NCBI GenBank assembly: GCA_951406725.2
Contig: OX597830.1
Span: 15,624,001-15,688,000, forward strand
Source of the DNA: Octopus vulgaris
Taxonomy: Eukaryota
Direction: 5' to 3'
Length of the DNA stretch: 64,000 nt
In this document: piece by piece, positions 1 to 13,455 of the stretch
How positions within the stretch are numbered: the first letter of the stretch is position 1
How the letters are laid out: every line of letters begins with the position of its first letter
Position numbers and translations under genes: made by a program
Notes under the pieces: model-generated
Databases searched by the model: none
What the model saw: only the letters and a program-made list of their open reading frames with translations
Told to the model about the DNA's origin: nothing

Positions 1-551
1 CGTTTTTCTTTTTATTAAACATTTGCTGCTTCAAAGTCTCCCCTTTTGTATCATCCTTTCCGTTCTTATCCCCTGAATCATATTGGCTCTTATTACGCAA
101 TACAGGGAATAATCTGACAGAAGCATTTAGATGAATTGATGAGAGATATTTTAATGTAGGTATCATTATATCTGTTGATAACCCACATAAATTGCATCTC
201 TTCTTGGGAAAGTATAAGTTTGGGACATATAAAACTATACTCTCTTGGTTGGAGACTTTATGGTGAAGCAAATTAGATTGGTCAGAAACTCTTTGTTTAA
301 ACAAACTGATTACAATTAAATTAGTTAATGAATTTTAATACAGGGTGCAATAAAACTAGAAATCCAACTAGAAATAAATTATACGGTGAGGAAATAAAAC
401 AATATAGTCAGTGACTATTGTTTTTATTTTTCAGTAAGCCTGGGGAAATAACTGAATGTGTTTCTATCTTAATATAGTATCATCAGTAAAGCATAACTTA
501 GTACTTGCCAAAGATGTGGTAAAAGAATTACTAAGTAGATAGTACAAGATT

Positions 552-967
552 GGGATCTTTTTGGTTTGAATGGCAGTTTTTTCTAGCGGTGTCATATAAA
601 ATTGTCACCTATAATTATGACCCTAGTATCGATCTATTGCATTTCAATCTGTTTTAAGGTTAGGGTTAGGGGTGGGAGGAAGGGTATCTTTTTTTCTTCA
701 CAAATGTAAATAAACCCAATCTGTTTCTTAAACGAGGGACATGTTCATACGGCACAGAATGTTTTTTACCTCAATAGACGTCAGTGATTGGTTGAAATTG
801 CAGAAATTGAAGAAAAAAAACAAATATCTTACAAACTATAGAATTTTCTCAATAAAGCCAAGAGAAAAAGATGTTTTATAAATACATTCTACTGGTATAC
901 GAAGTTTAAAATTTTTTAGTTACCTAGAAATTATGTTAAAAACTGTCGTTTGAACCGAAAAGATCCC
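552..967. mobile_element. MITE with ~30-bp TIRs (GGGATCTTTT...) and 6-bp TSD
   Basis: Left end gggatctttttggtttgaatggcagtttt, right end aaaactgtcgtttgaaccgaaaagatccc. AAGATT is duplicated at 546-551 and 968-973. Internal ggttagggttagggg. Confidence 0.8.
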
Positions 968-2004
968 AAGATTGCACACTGCTTAGCTTTAGAAGAATGA
1001 ATTGTTTACAAAATAAATAATTTATACATCATCTCCATGAAACAGAAAATAGTTAAGTTAAGATACTTAGTAACCCTGCATGAGGCTTATGTGTTTGTGT
1101 GAGTGTATGATAATTGCTCTGTAGGTTCCAGAAAATGGGTATTCTGTATGATAAAGGGGTTTTTATTATTTTTTTTTTTTCTGTATTTAGTTATAGTCAG
1201 CTACAAAATATTTCAGGATTTAATAGATAAACCTATTCTCTTCAATTCAATAATTCTACCTTATATTTATGGACCTTAAAAATCTACTAACTACAACTAA
1301 CTTTTCATCCAGTTGATCTTTATGTCAAGATCACCCTTGTCAAATAAGTAATTAAGCACACACACATGCATACACACACACACACACACACACAAACACA
1401 CGAAATATGGAATGGAAGTGTTTTATTAGGTGCCATCTGGGTAGCTTATCTTTTGTTTAAACTATACAAACGACTCGTTTGTAGTAATTACTCGTTTGCT
1501 TGTTCAAACACTCCTGTATCATTTATATTGATTTATATAATCAAAGGTGTGGCTCTACTTGTGAAATACTAATGTATTGCCATGGAGACAAGTCAGTTTC
1601 AGTACCCAGCTCCTATCTTACTTGGCCAACTGGTACCAACGACTGTTGATTAACTATTAAAAGGTTCAACAATTTTATACTAGCATATTCTTTCAAAGAA
1701 TGAAATATTGTTTTCTCTTGTAAATTAAACATAATATTGACATAAGTGTTGTTCACAATATAAAACACTATATAATGAGATATAGTTTTTTTTACTAAAC
1801 AGGATAAAAAAATTAGGAGTGTATTTCTTTTTGACCTGTGCTATCTCTGCTTGAGTTAATATACCACTCAGAGTTAGATAATTGACTGTTTGGTAACAAC
1901 ACAATATATATACATATATATGTATATATATATATATATTTATATATATATGTATATGGGTGTGTGTGTATATGTAGGTATATTCTATATATATATTGTT
2001 TATG

Positions 2005-2404
2005 TTTTACTTGGTTCAGTCATTGGACTGCAGCCAAGCTAGGGCCATGAGTGGTTTTTAACTGAACGAATTGATGCCAATATATTTTTAAAGTCTGGTA
2101 TTTACTCTGTTAGCCTTGTTGCTGAACCACTAAGTTATGTAGATGTAAACACACCAACACCAGTTGTGATGTGGTGACAAGTGATGAACATGGACACAAA
2201 ACCACACACACATACACACACACATACACACACACACATACAATGGGCTTCTTTTCTATTTCCTTTTCCCATATCCACTCACAAGGCTTTGGTTAGCCTG
2301 ATGCTGTAGTAGAAGACACTAGCCAAAAATGCCACGCAGTAAGACTGAACCCAGAACCATGTGTTTAGGAAGCAAATTTCTTACCACACGGCTATACTCG
2401 CACC
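2005..2404 (-). mobile_element. tRNA-derived SINE family A (degenerate copy)
   Basis: Reverse-complement similarity to the copies at 4813, 32646 and 36150. Confidence 0.75.
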
Positions 2405-2510
2405 TCTTTCTAGCTCTTTCTCTTACTCTATCTCTCTCTATATATGTGTGTGTGTGTATATATATCTGTTTGTTTTGTACACCACCTGTCTTCGTCTTGT
2501 TTTTCGTAAA

Positions 2511-2579
<69 letters not shown>

Positions 2580-3529
2580 CATGCCTTTGGCTTATAGTCA
2601 TTTAGTAATAACCACACAACCTGGGCTAAGTTCTACAGACACAGAACATTGGAAACTTCAACTGCATTGAGGTGGTTGAAGGATTTTGTAAATATTTCCA
2701 TTGTCTCATATTTTTGATAATAAACTCTCAAGAAATATATCATTCATTAATGCACCTCACTTACACACACACTCACACACACACACACTCTCTCTCTCTC
2801 TCTCTCTCTGTGAGACCACTAAAGAGATGAATTAAGTCCTCCTGAAAGATATTTAATATGTTTTATTTACATCTGTAAAGCTGGAGCTTTTGTAGATGTT
2901 TTAGTAATGATTTTCTTTTCCTTCCCCCTGCATACCTGAATAAAAAAAAAATGATTGCCAAGTAGTTTCCATGTTAGCTTATTTAGCCCTCTGGGCTGTA
3001 GAGTGGGTCCGTCCCTGCACCACCCTTGTACACCATTCATTTGCTGTTCACATTTTTTTTTTTTTTTTCACCCATCAAGTCTTTCTAGTGCCCTGCTAGT
3101 TTGCTAGCTACTAATTATATACTTAAGTACTACTCTGTGACCTAGCAACACACAAGCTGGTAGTCCAAGTCAGTCATCAGATATTTTAGGGTGTTGAATA
3201 TTGCACTGTTCTAGCTTTCATCAGGTTAAAATTAGCTGCCCCACCCATTACATTCATCATGTCTAGGATAGCATAGGTAGTAGCAATAGTAATCCTCTTG
3301 TACAGTGGTAGACTTGACAAATAACCTCAACTATGTCCTCTTATATTACACTGGTTTAGTCAGTATGTTATTGTTTTTTTTTTACTTATTTTTTTTCTTT
3401 CTATGTTTTATGATGAATGAAATTGATAAAAATTTTTTTCTTTTTAATTTTAATTTCTGCCAACATAAAGTGTTTACAACTTACTTTTATTATTTAGGCT
3501 CGGTATTAGTCATCATTTAAATGGAACAG

Positions 3530-3858
3530 ACATCTTATGTATTTGATGGATGCATTTGCTTCACATAGTTTTAAAATAGGTTTAGATTTGATTTTTCTTT
3601 CTTAAAAATGCAAGTTGTTCACCCTTATTACATTAACACAATGTTTCTTAACCATGTTTTTTAACTTAGGGATCCCTTTGATTACAATTTTATTCTGGTG
3701 GACGCCCCCCCCCCCCCCCATAGCCATTCCATGTTTAAAAGCTAGTTTTATAGATACTTCTTTCAAAATTCCTATTCTGTTTTTCCACCCATTCACTTAC
3801 AGAAAGAAACCAAGCTGTTTCTTGCAATTATAATATGGACACTGGTTGAGAACCATTC
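3530..3858 (-). mobile_element. hAT-like MITE fragment
   Basis: Reverse-complement similarity to 24780-24900 (aaaagctagttttatagatacttctttcaaaattcct). Ends in tggttgagaaccat. Boundaries approximate. Confidence 0.5.
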
Positions 3859-4630
3859 CATGAAACAGCTAATTGGACAAAATATTAAACTCGTAGATCA
3901 TAAGTTCAAAATTACTACAGGTGTTTCTCTCGTGTACATAAGATATTTTCCTTCCTTATGCTTTTAGTTCAGCTAGGTGTCAGGATTAACATTACTTATC
4001 ATAGTTTACCTATAAAAACTAGTGCTTAGCTTTCTGCAGTTAGAACTCTGCACTGGCTATTATGAATTCCTAACATTTTTGAGACATCACAAGAATTCAT
4101 TAACTTTCAAGAGAATGTAGAGTAATTCTTTTTAAGAACTGGTTCTTGAAGTATATATATATATATAAAGCTATGAAAAACAGCATATAAATATTAAGTT
4201 GAAAAACTCTTTTGGATTTGAACCCACATTTCTTATATACATGGCAGGCATTCTAGCATTGTGCTTTTTCCATCTGAAAGGGTTTTCCGACCCAATATTT
4301 ACATGCTATTTATCTATAGCTCTATATGTACTTTGAGAACCAATTCTGAAAAAGAATCTTTTGAGATATTATTACAATATCACATGTCCGAGGTTGACAG
4401 AAACAATATCAGATAATGTTATTTCATCACACTGTTTTGTATTCATATCTCACTCAAGTGAAATATTTCCAGGGTGGAAAATATAAACTTCAATTAATGT
4501 CTCTCTCACCAAAATTTATATCCTTGTTTATAATGTAAGAATCATATATATACTTCACTTAGGTATTGTGAGAGTAATAACCTAAACCCTTCTCATAGGT
4601 AATGCTTTTTTCCTATATATATATATATAT

Positions 4631-4665
<35 letters not shown>

Positions 4666-4812
4666 TAAATGTTATTCTTTTCCCAAATAAACTGCACTTC
4701 ATAGTCGAGGCTCCAATGAAGCTATAAGACGTTACTCAAGCACTGCATTTTATAGCAGAAACAGCTTTAAGCTAATGAAGTGCATAAGATAATCGTTAAT
4801 TCCTTTGTCTTA

Positions 4813-5206
4813 GGCACAGGAGTGGCTGTGTGGTAAGTAGCTTGCTTACCAACCACATGGTTCCGGGTTCAGTCCCACTGCGTGGCACCTTGGGCAAGTG
4901 TCTTCTACTATAGCCTCGGGCCGACCAAAGCCTTGTGAGTGGATTTGGTAGACGGAAACTGAAAGAAGCACATCGTATATATGTATATATATATATGTAT
5001 GTGTTTGTGTTTGTCCCCCCAGCATCGCTTGACAACTGATGGTGGTGTGTTTATGTCCCCGTAACTTAGCAGTTCAGCAAAGGAGACCTATATAGAAGGA
5101 GTACTAGGCTTACAAAGAATAAGTCCTGGGCTCAATTTGCTCAAGTAAAGGTGGTGCACCAGCATGACCACAGTCAAATGACTGAAACAAGTAAGAGAGT
5201 AAAGAG
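4813..5206 (+). mobile_element. tRNA-derived SINE family A, full length
   Basis: Pol III-like head (TGGCTGTGTGG A-box, GGTTCAGTCCC B-box), CORE-like ccttgggcaagt, internal (TA)/(TG) microsatellite, AAGAGT-type tail. Multiple copies in the window. Confidence 0.88.
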
Positions 5207-6169
5207 TGTGTGTGTAGTTTCATCTCCTGACATTCAACCCGAAGAAAATCAAGAGGGTCTGATGAACTCACCCTATGCATAAAATCTCTCCAATGCAGAC
5301 AACTCTATTAAGCACATTTCACTGCTAATGCAAAGCTGACCTCTGCAATTCCTCAGCTTAAATAATGAAATTAGCACTACTTGATTTTTAATTGCAGTAT
5401 ATAACGATTTTTAATTGCAACATATAACTACTCTAGTTAGCATGAAAAATATATGAGGCAGTGAACTAATTGAGACAAAATACTCTGAACATCTTAATAT
5501 GAAAAAAACAAAATATTGATTTCTTTTTGAATTAAGATGAAGCTAATTATCACAAGGAACGAATGTAGTTGTTTGAATTGAGACCCACGTATCACTGGTA
5601 CTTTTAAACATCACGGATGGTGCAGGTAGGAATAACAAAGTGGTCAGTGTAAGATTAAATTCATAAAAATTTTTACCTGGGTTTGTCGTTATAACTGGTC
5701 ATTTGCTGTCCTCTCTATCTCAAAAAAAAAAAAAAATTTATAATATTTGCAGAGTGTTAATTATGGAATGTTTTATATATATATTTTAAAATTTAGATTT
5801 TTCCATGTTCTGGGAAATATACTTAAAAAACATTTTCTGCTTAGGTATATAACCCAAGTTAATATGTAAAATATATAAGTAATATTTGATTTTAGTGAGG
5901 AAACATGAACATTAATAAGTATGTAATTTACCCATTGTTTGTAGTTTTTGTTTTTTTGGTGGGTGGGTGGGGGATTGTTTTTTCTACATAATTAGAATGG
6001 TGGTTTCCTGGCGAAGAATTAATTCTCGCTTTTATTTGTTATATTCCTCTCTTTTAAAATTTAAATTAGGTCGTTGGAAAATATGTGTAAACTAGCTTGT
6101 AAAGGGAAGTAACTCCTAACCGCTTCATTATATGAGAAACGGACAGATTTTACCAAAGTTACTCATTTT

Positions 6170-6200
<31 letters not shown>

Positions 6201-6940
6201 CCAGTTTTCTCTTTCTTTCGGTCTCTCTCGCTCACCCCTCCCACCTCCCGCCGCCTTTCTCACTGATTCTCATTTTGATGTTGACATTGTTATTATTCTG
6301 TTAGCTAGTAAAACTAATTACAATGATCTAGGGAAATATATTTCTTATAAATCATACTTTGGATATTCCAAAGAAAATCTGCATAAAAATTTTTGACTTT
6401 AAAACATTACAAAAAAAAAAAAAAAGAAGAAAAAGAACTTCTCTTCATATTAATTGAATGAGATTATATTTTGGTTTAGCTATTTTGTTTTTAGATTTTA
6501 CAAGAAAAATATATTTATATCAATATTTGTTTAATTTTAATCTCTTCTTTCCATTTTATTTCATGAAATCAATCTCAATTTTTAATGTATTTCTATATTG
6601 TCATTAATCTTAATCTTGTGTAGGTTGCCATATTATGGATTGGGCATAGATTTTTATTATTATTATTTATTATTATTATTATTATTATTAATTGTTTTTT
6701 TTGTTTGTTTGTTTTGTATTTCTTAGGTTTTCTGTCGAATTTTATTTCGTCATTTATATTGTATAATTTTAAGTGTTATTTTGAAAAATGTAATTTAATT
6801 TAGAGAAAATAACAATAACAGTGATGATGATGATGATGATGATAATAGTAATAATAATAATAGTAATAGTTATATTAAGAAAAAGAATTTGTACCTGTAA
6901 CATCCCTTTGTAGCAATAAAAGAAATTATTATTATTATTA

Positions 6941-6978
<38 letters not shown>

Positions 6979-7124
6979 GGGTTTTCATCCTTTTAGATAA
7001 GGGTTCTTTTTTCATTGATTAATATGTTTAGCTGTCTGTATCCTCTTCCTAACCTTTTGACTGTTAGATAATTTTCCAATATGAAATATTTTAATCTGTC
7101 TATCTATCTATCTATCTATCTATC

Positions 7125-7181
<57 letters not shown>

Positions 7182-8249
7182 TTGTGAGTGTGTATACGTA
7201 TATATCTGTAGTTCTACAATGCTTGTAGTACATTTTTATTATTTTTTTCATGTCTCTCAGAAATATTAATAAATTGGCATGAAATTAAAAACTAGGGTAT
7301 GAACTTTGTAAGTATGGTTATTAATTGAATGTATTTATCACAATTATTATTTCATATTCACCACATATATATATATATATATTCCATATATATATTCCAT
7401 TATTGAAATTTTGGGGAAAAAAATGTAATGTTAATTATAAATTATTTTTCGCGAAGAATTCATTTAAGATTTGAAAATGGAAAAATAATCTCTTATTCTA
7501 TCTTGTAATAATATCTGGGCTAAATGTTGCTGTTTTTGAAATGGTCACAATCATTATTGGTTGCTAATAATTTTTAAGCATAGCTCTGCTCCAAAGCTTT
7601 CAGTCCAAAATATGATAAAATTAATGTAACTTGTACAGAGAAATATCTAGGAAAATAGTAACAGTGGAAGAAAATACATAGTTCTTTGTGTAAAGGTTAA
7701 ACCATTCAAATTTGTCAGTAATAAGTGTGTATATGAGTGTATATAGTTAGAATTATAGTTTGTAATTTCATGCCTGTTACATCACATGTGACATGTGGTA
7801 CTCTGTTGTGTTTACATTTCTGTAATGATTCCGTGTGTGTGTGTGTGTGTGCATGTCTGTGTCTGTGTATGTTTACAAAAATAGTCTTAGATTTTATTGC
7901 GAGATATAAACTTAGGTGCGAATAGAGGAGAATTGTTGATCTGAGTTGTGTACAATTCTTTGAAGCAGTAGTTGTAGATGGTTGTAGTTAAAAAAAAAAA
8001 TCAGGTGAGATAACAGGTGAATTAACCAGTTGTTGCAACTTCAGTTGGTTGCGAACGAAAGATGTCTCATCTGATTGCAGTTTCATTGATGATACTGTTG
8101 TTTCAAACCCTCAGCACTGTTATATGCAGTGAAGTCCAGTTGCTCTTGCCCTTCTACACAACTACTGTATGTTCAGCAATACTGGCAGTTTGTTTTGGAT
8201 ATAAGGAATTTGCTGCTTAAATTGTCATCTTCACAGTTCCTTATCACTC

Positions 8250-9565
8250 TAGTAAATGAAAGGCAAAAATGACTGTGTCAGTATATGAACCCAGAATGTT
8301 AAGACGGTCAAAATGCTGTTGAGCATTTCCCCCAGCATGCTAACGATTCTGCCCCTTCACCACCTTAATAATAATGATGATGACGACGACGACGACGATG
8401 GGGGAGGGGACCAGTCAATTGCATTGACCCTGGTCTTCATTGGTACTTAATTTATTGACCCCAAAAGGATGAGATGCAAAGTCAACCTTGGTGGAATTTG
8501 AACTCGGAACGTACCAATGGGAAAAATACCGCTAAGCATTCTGTCCAGCTCACCGTCTTTCATAGCAACGAGATAATAATAATGCTTTCTACTATAGGCA
8601 CAAGGCCTGAAATTCTGGGGGGAGGTGACTAGTTGATTACATCAACCCCAGTGATTCAGCAGAACAGCAACAACAACAACAATAATAATAAGTAGCGCAA
8701 GGTGACCATTTTCCAGGGAAAGGGTTATGTCAATTACCTCAGTACTTGACTGGTATTTTATTTTATTGATCCCCGGAGAAGTATGGCAATATCAGCCTTA
8801 GCAGAATTTGAAGTCAAAATATAAAAAAAAAGATTATTATTATTATTATTATTAACAATATAATTATAACAAAGAAGGTTTCAGATTTTTGCACTCAGCC
8901 TAACAATTTTATATGGAGAAGGAGTTAGTCAATATGATCAACCCTAGTGGTTGACTGGTACTTTATTTTATCAAACTGAGAGGGATGATGAAAGGCAAAG
9001 TTGACCCTGGTGGGAATAATAATAACCATAATAATAATAATAATAATAATAATGGTAATAATAATAGTAATAATAATAGCATTGCCATGAATTTTCTTTC
9101 CCTTTTCCCCCTTTATTTTCATTTTCTTTTTTTCTTCTTTCTTTTTTCTCTCTGTCTTTCTTCCTCTTTTCTATCACATGGCTTTGTAAATGAACTATCT
9201 GGTGTGTTTATTTCGATGGCCAACCAATGTATACAGTAAGTTTCTTTGCCTTAGGTGTCGAGAAGACACCTGGCAAGAAATGGAAGCAAAATCGAAAGAA
9301 GAGGATAATGATGATAATGATAATAATAATAATAATGATAATAATAATAATAATGATCTTTCCTACTATAGGCTCAAGGCCTGAAATTTTGTGAATGGTT
9401 GATTTTGGGGATAGTTGATTCCATTGACGCCAGGACTCAACTGATTTCATCCATCCTGAAAGGATAAGAGCAAAGTCGACCTCAGTGGAATTTGAGCTCA
9501 AAAATATTCAGATGGACAAAATGCTGCTAAGTATTCTGTCCAGCTTGCTAACAGTTCTGCCTGTC
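8250..9565 (-). mobile_element. Cluster of SINE family B fragments interleaved with (AAT)n
   Basis: Repeated blocks such as aaaggatgaaaggcaaagtcgacctcggcggaatttgaactc and ctttctactataggcacaaggcctgaaatt, all in the same orientation. Confidence 0.75.
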
Positions 9566-12500
9566 CTCTCCTGTAGAAATGATAATGATAATGCACTTTA
9601 GGTCTCTCTCTAAAAGCTTTCTTCTGAATGCTGCAAAAACAAAGCAAATATTTTATCAATGCCAACATCACATAATTCATAGGAGGTTACTTTCACTAGG
9701 GTGTGGTGATTTAAGATTCCTTAGACATTTGATAAATTCTAATTTCGACTTCACCCATGTTATTTTTTTTTTTTTTACCTCCTTCACTGTTATATACCAC
9801 CAAAATAGGGTCAATCAACCCCTATAACTTACTCCTGACTCTTATTGAACTTGTAACTGATGCATTTTAAATTATTCTATAGTAATAAGATTATGTCATA
9901 GACTCTTCGGCTTGCTTTGTTTATATAACTTGAATTTGCAGATCTTATTGTGATTCTAGCTAAGTTCAAACCATATTTTATGAAAAATATCTTGACTGTG
10001 ATACAAATGCTTAAGAGTAAATTTAGTGTGTTTTGTATAATATTTTTATATTATTTGTCTACTTTTCACGATTTCTGCAATATTATTTTTTTGAAACCAT
10101 ATTTATATGCACTCTATATTTCCTTTTGCAGTATTTATATGTACTAATATATGGAAATGTTCGTTGAATTGTTTACCACCTGCATATTTCCTGAAAGATG
10201 GCTTTCAAATATGCATATGTGTGTGTGTGTGTGTGTGTGTGTGTATGCATGGGTGTGTTAATTTATATGTATGTGTAATTGTATGTATTGTTATGTTTTT
10301 TTTTGTTTGGGAACTAACAAATACATCTTTGAAGAAATGGCAAGAATAGGAAGAATGTACCTAAGATGCTGTTTTGTTATTATTTAGCTAGTTTTTTTTT
10401 TCTTTTAATTTTGCTTTGAATCAATTATATCATGCTACAAGATAAAAGGAAATCTAAAAAAACCATGTTTTTTTTTCATTTAAAAATTTTTTCTATGTCC
10501 TTTTTATATTTTTGTTCAATGAAATCTATAGCTTCCCCCAAAAAATGTCGGTGGCTTTTTTTTTGTTTTCATTTCTAGATGCATTTTCCCTACCACTACC
10601 CCAACCATCACATCAGCTTCTCATCCTCATCACTACTCACGTTGTATCAGTAAAAGAAGGTTTATTTTCCAAAAAAGAAAAAAAAAAAAAAAAATTAAAT
10701 AAAAAAAAGGGAAAAGAAAAGAAATTATCTAGATAGAGTATTTCAAGGAATCTGCTAATTTAAAGATTTTTTAAGTGTTCAGTTATGAAAATAAAATATG
10801 AAAAAAAATTGAATCTGCAAAATGAAAAATGAGTTTTGTCTAAACCATAAAGCCATTGTGTTAGATAGTAACTGATTTTGATAGCTTAAGAGTGATTTCG
10901 ATGACTGGCAGAAACTAAACTAAAATTCCTGTTATCATATTCCTGCAAAAAGCATTTCATGAGAATGAATAATATAGATAAGTGAAAAATAAAGAAAGAA
11001 TGAGTTCTTGAAACCATTACAGAAAGATAGACAGTTTTAATGTATATTTATCTTACACATTCTACATATTTATATACATTATTTCAAAAACTATTATATG
11101 CAAAACTATTTATTCTATACATCTGCATTTCAAACAATTCTTCATTTAATACAGTTTGAGCTAAATGACCATCGTATTTGAAGAGGGCTTAACTCTGTTG
11201 GATTTTCTTGGATTTTTAATCTAATTATTTATATTAGAAATTATTGGCTTCCCTAGTTGTTGAAGCAAATATATCATCATTGAATACGATTTTGCTACTG
11301 TTCATGTAATACCCACCTCCCACTATTTTTTTTATCTGGTCTTCATTTGTCAAATTAAATATTACCTTTAGTTCTTGGATATATAGCGCAGCAGAAGCTT
11401 TTAGCCTTTTTTTATTAGGTTTTACAAATCATATACAGAAGAGAAAGCTTCTCTCACATCCTGCTTATCAATATTAATTATATCAACCTTGAAAAGAGCA
11501 CGGAGGGAGAGAGAAGCCTCTTCAGATACCACTGATAGAGAGTAACTAACCTTGTGCTTCAGAATAAATTTGGTCGTGTAAATTTTTTTCTTTTTGGAGT
11601 AGTTAGAAGAAAATTATAATTTGTCATAATTTCAAAATAATTGATACCTACAATATAACTTATAGCATTGGTTATTTTTAGCTTTTATTTTCTGTGAAAA
11701 AAATTCACATCAATGGAAAGTGTTAAGAATTGTTACAGTAGCCTCTTAATGTATCTGATTTGAAACTTTTTATTGTTTGCTATTATTGTTTTTGTTTTTA
11801 GGCAGAATAAATACTCGGCTTTGTATTTTCTTCTTTTTTTTTTCATTTGTTATAACTTATCAGTGTTTTCTTTTAAAGTTACTAAAGTGCCTTAGAAATA
11901 TTTTGCGAGTTAAAAAGAACTTTGAAAATATATACAATTAAGATAAAGAGAAATTTCTTCGACAAAGTCTCTTCTTTCACGACACCGACTTTTTCATCTT
12001 ACAAAACTTTTGTATGTCAGCCAGATGAGTCTGAGAATAAATTACTTAGACAACAATTATTTCTAGGTAATATAAAAAGGAACGCAGATATTCTCCTTGG
12101 CAGTTCATACTTTAAAACAAGAATTTATATCCTGCGGGTCTATATTAATAACAAGGTGCAAGTTACAACATGTTGGAAGTATATAAACAATTTGTGTGAA
12201 CTGATAGCAGTTTGATTTGATATTATTGATTCACTGTCATCACACCAATACTCTGTCTGCAGTCTACTCTCTTAATTTTGTTTCTTTTCCGGATGTTAAA
12301 CATAAAGCAGTAGTTAAAGATTTATCTTCATCTACTGTTGAAGATTTTTATTTAGCATGTAGCTTACTGTTTGGCTTTAATGTTACTGTCTATGTTTCTT
12401 GATTTCCACAAAAAAAGAAAAAAAAAGAATGTTTTATGTTTGTTCGTCTTTGTTATAACAGAATACACAAACTTATGGATTTAGAAAAAAATTTACATTG

Positions 12501-12698
12501 AAATAAAAGCGCAGATATTTTACTCTTCTACTTCTTCCTACTGTTAACTACTTAATTAGAATTAGCCAGTGAGAATGGTACATATTCTCAGATTAGGTAG
12601 GCTGAAGTAGCTAGAATAATTTGGCCTGAAATTTGGAGGACGGGCTAGTCGATTACATCAACCCCAGTACATAACTGGTACTTATTTCATTGGAAGAA

Positions 12699-12929
12699 GG
12701 CGGCGAGCTGGCAGAAACGTTAGCACGCTGGGCGAAATGCTTATTGGTATTTCGTCTGTCGTTACGTTCTTAGTTCAAATTGTGCCGAGGTCGACTTTGC
12801 CTTTCATCCTTTCGGGGTGGATAAATTAAGTACCAGTTACGCACTGGGGTTGATATAATCGATTTAATCCGTTTGTCTGTCCTTGTTTGTCCTCTCTGTG
12901 TTTAGCCCCTCGTGGGTAGTAAAGAAATA
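12699..12929 (+). mobile_element. SINE family B, full length, nested in an oppositely oriented family B copy (12620-13030)
   Basis: Head ggcggcgagctggcagaaacg...agttcaaatt, tail gtaaagaaata. 16-bp TSD GGTACTTATTTCATTG at 12677-12692 and 12930-12945. Confidence 0.88.
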
Positions 12930-13406
12930 GGTACTTATTTCATTGACCCTGAAAGGAGATGAAAGACAAAATTGACCTTGGTGGAATTTGAACTCAGAAC
13001 GTAGTGACAGGTGAAATACCTATTTCTTTATATCCGAAGGACAGGGATTTGTATCTGGAGGTTAGTACATTTGACAGTGTCACAGTGAATTCTTCCATTG
13101 GCGCTGCAAAGTTTGATCCCACCAATTCCCAGAGTCTACAAATGACACGATTCATCAGGTGTTGCAGACAACAAATTACTATTATTTAATAGATGGAAAT
13201 GCGTTTATGCTGTTTAAGATAATTAGAGATTGCAGGGACCAGCAGATGTATGAGGATTTCGACTGACTGTAATTGGAATTTCATTATTCAAAGCAGCATT
13301 CAAATCTCTGTTGATGAAATCTGAAGTAGAATGAAAACATTTATATCAAAACTGGTCAGAAGATTAAGCATACTGATCTATATAAAATTTTATAACAATA
13401 ATGATG

Positions 13407-13455
<49 letters not shown>

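Noticed and set aside
655-672. TTAGGG repeats suggesting an interstitial telomere
   Set aside because: Only about two units, and they lie inside a TIR-bounded MITE.
4796-5035. Recurrent ORFs containing ASFSFRLPNPLTR...RRHLPK (also at 21708, 36118, 51402, 60460)
   Set aside because: Antisense translations of SINE family A, not a gene family.
12015-12060. cagatga-gtctgag...cttagac stem resembling hammerhead helix II
   Set aside because: Both core strands deviate (CAGAUGA, no GAAA) and there is no helix I or III.
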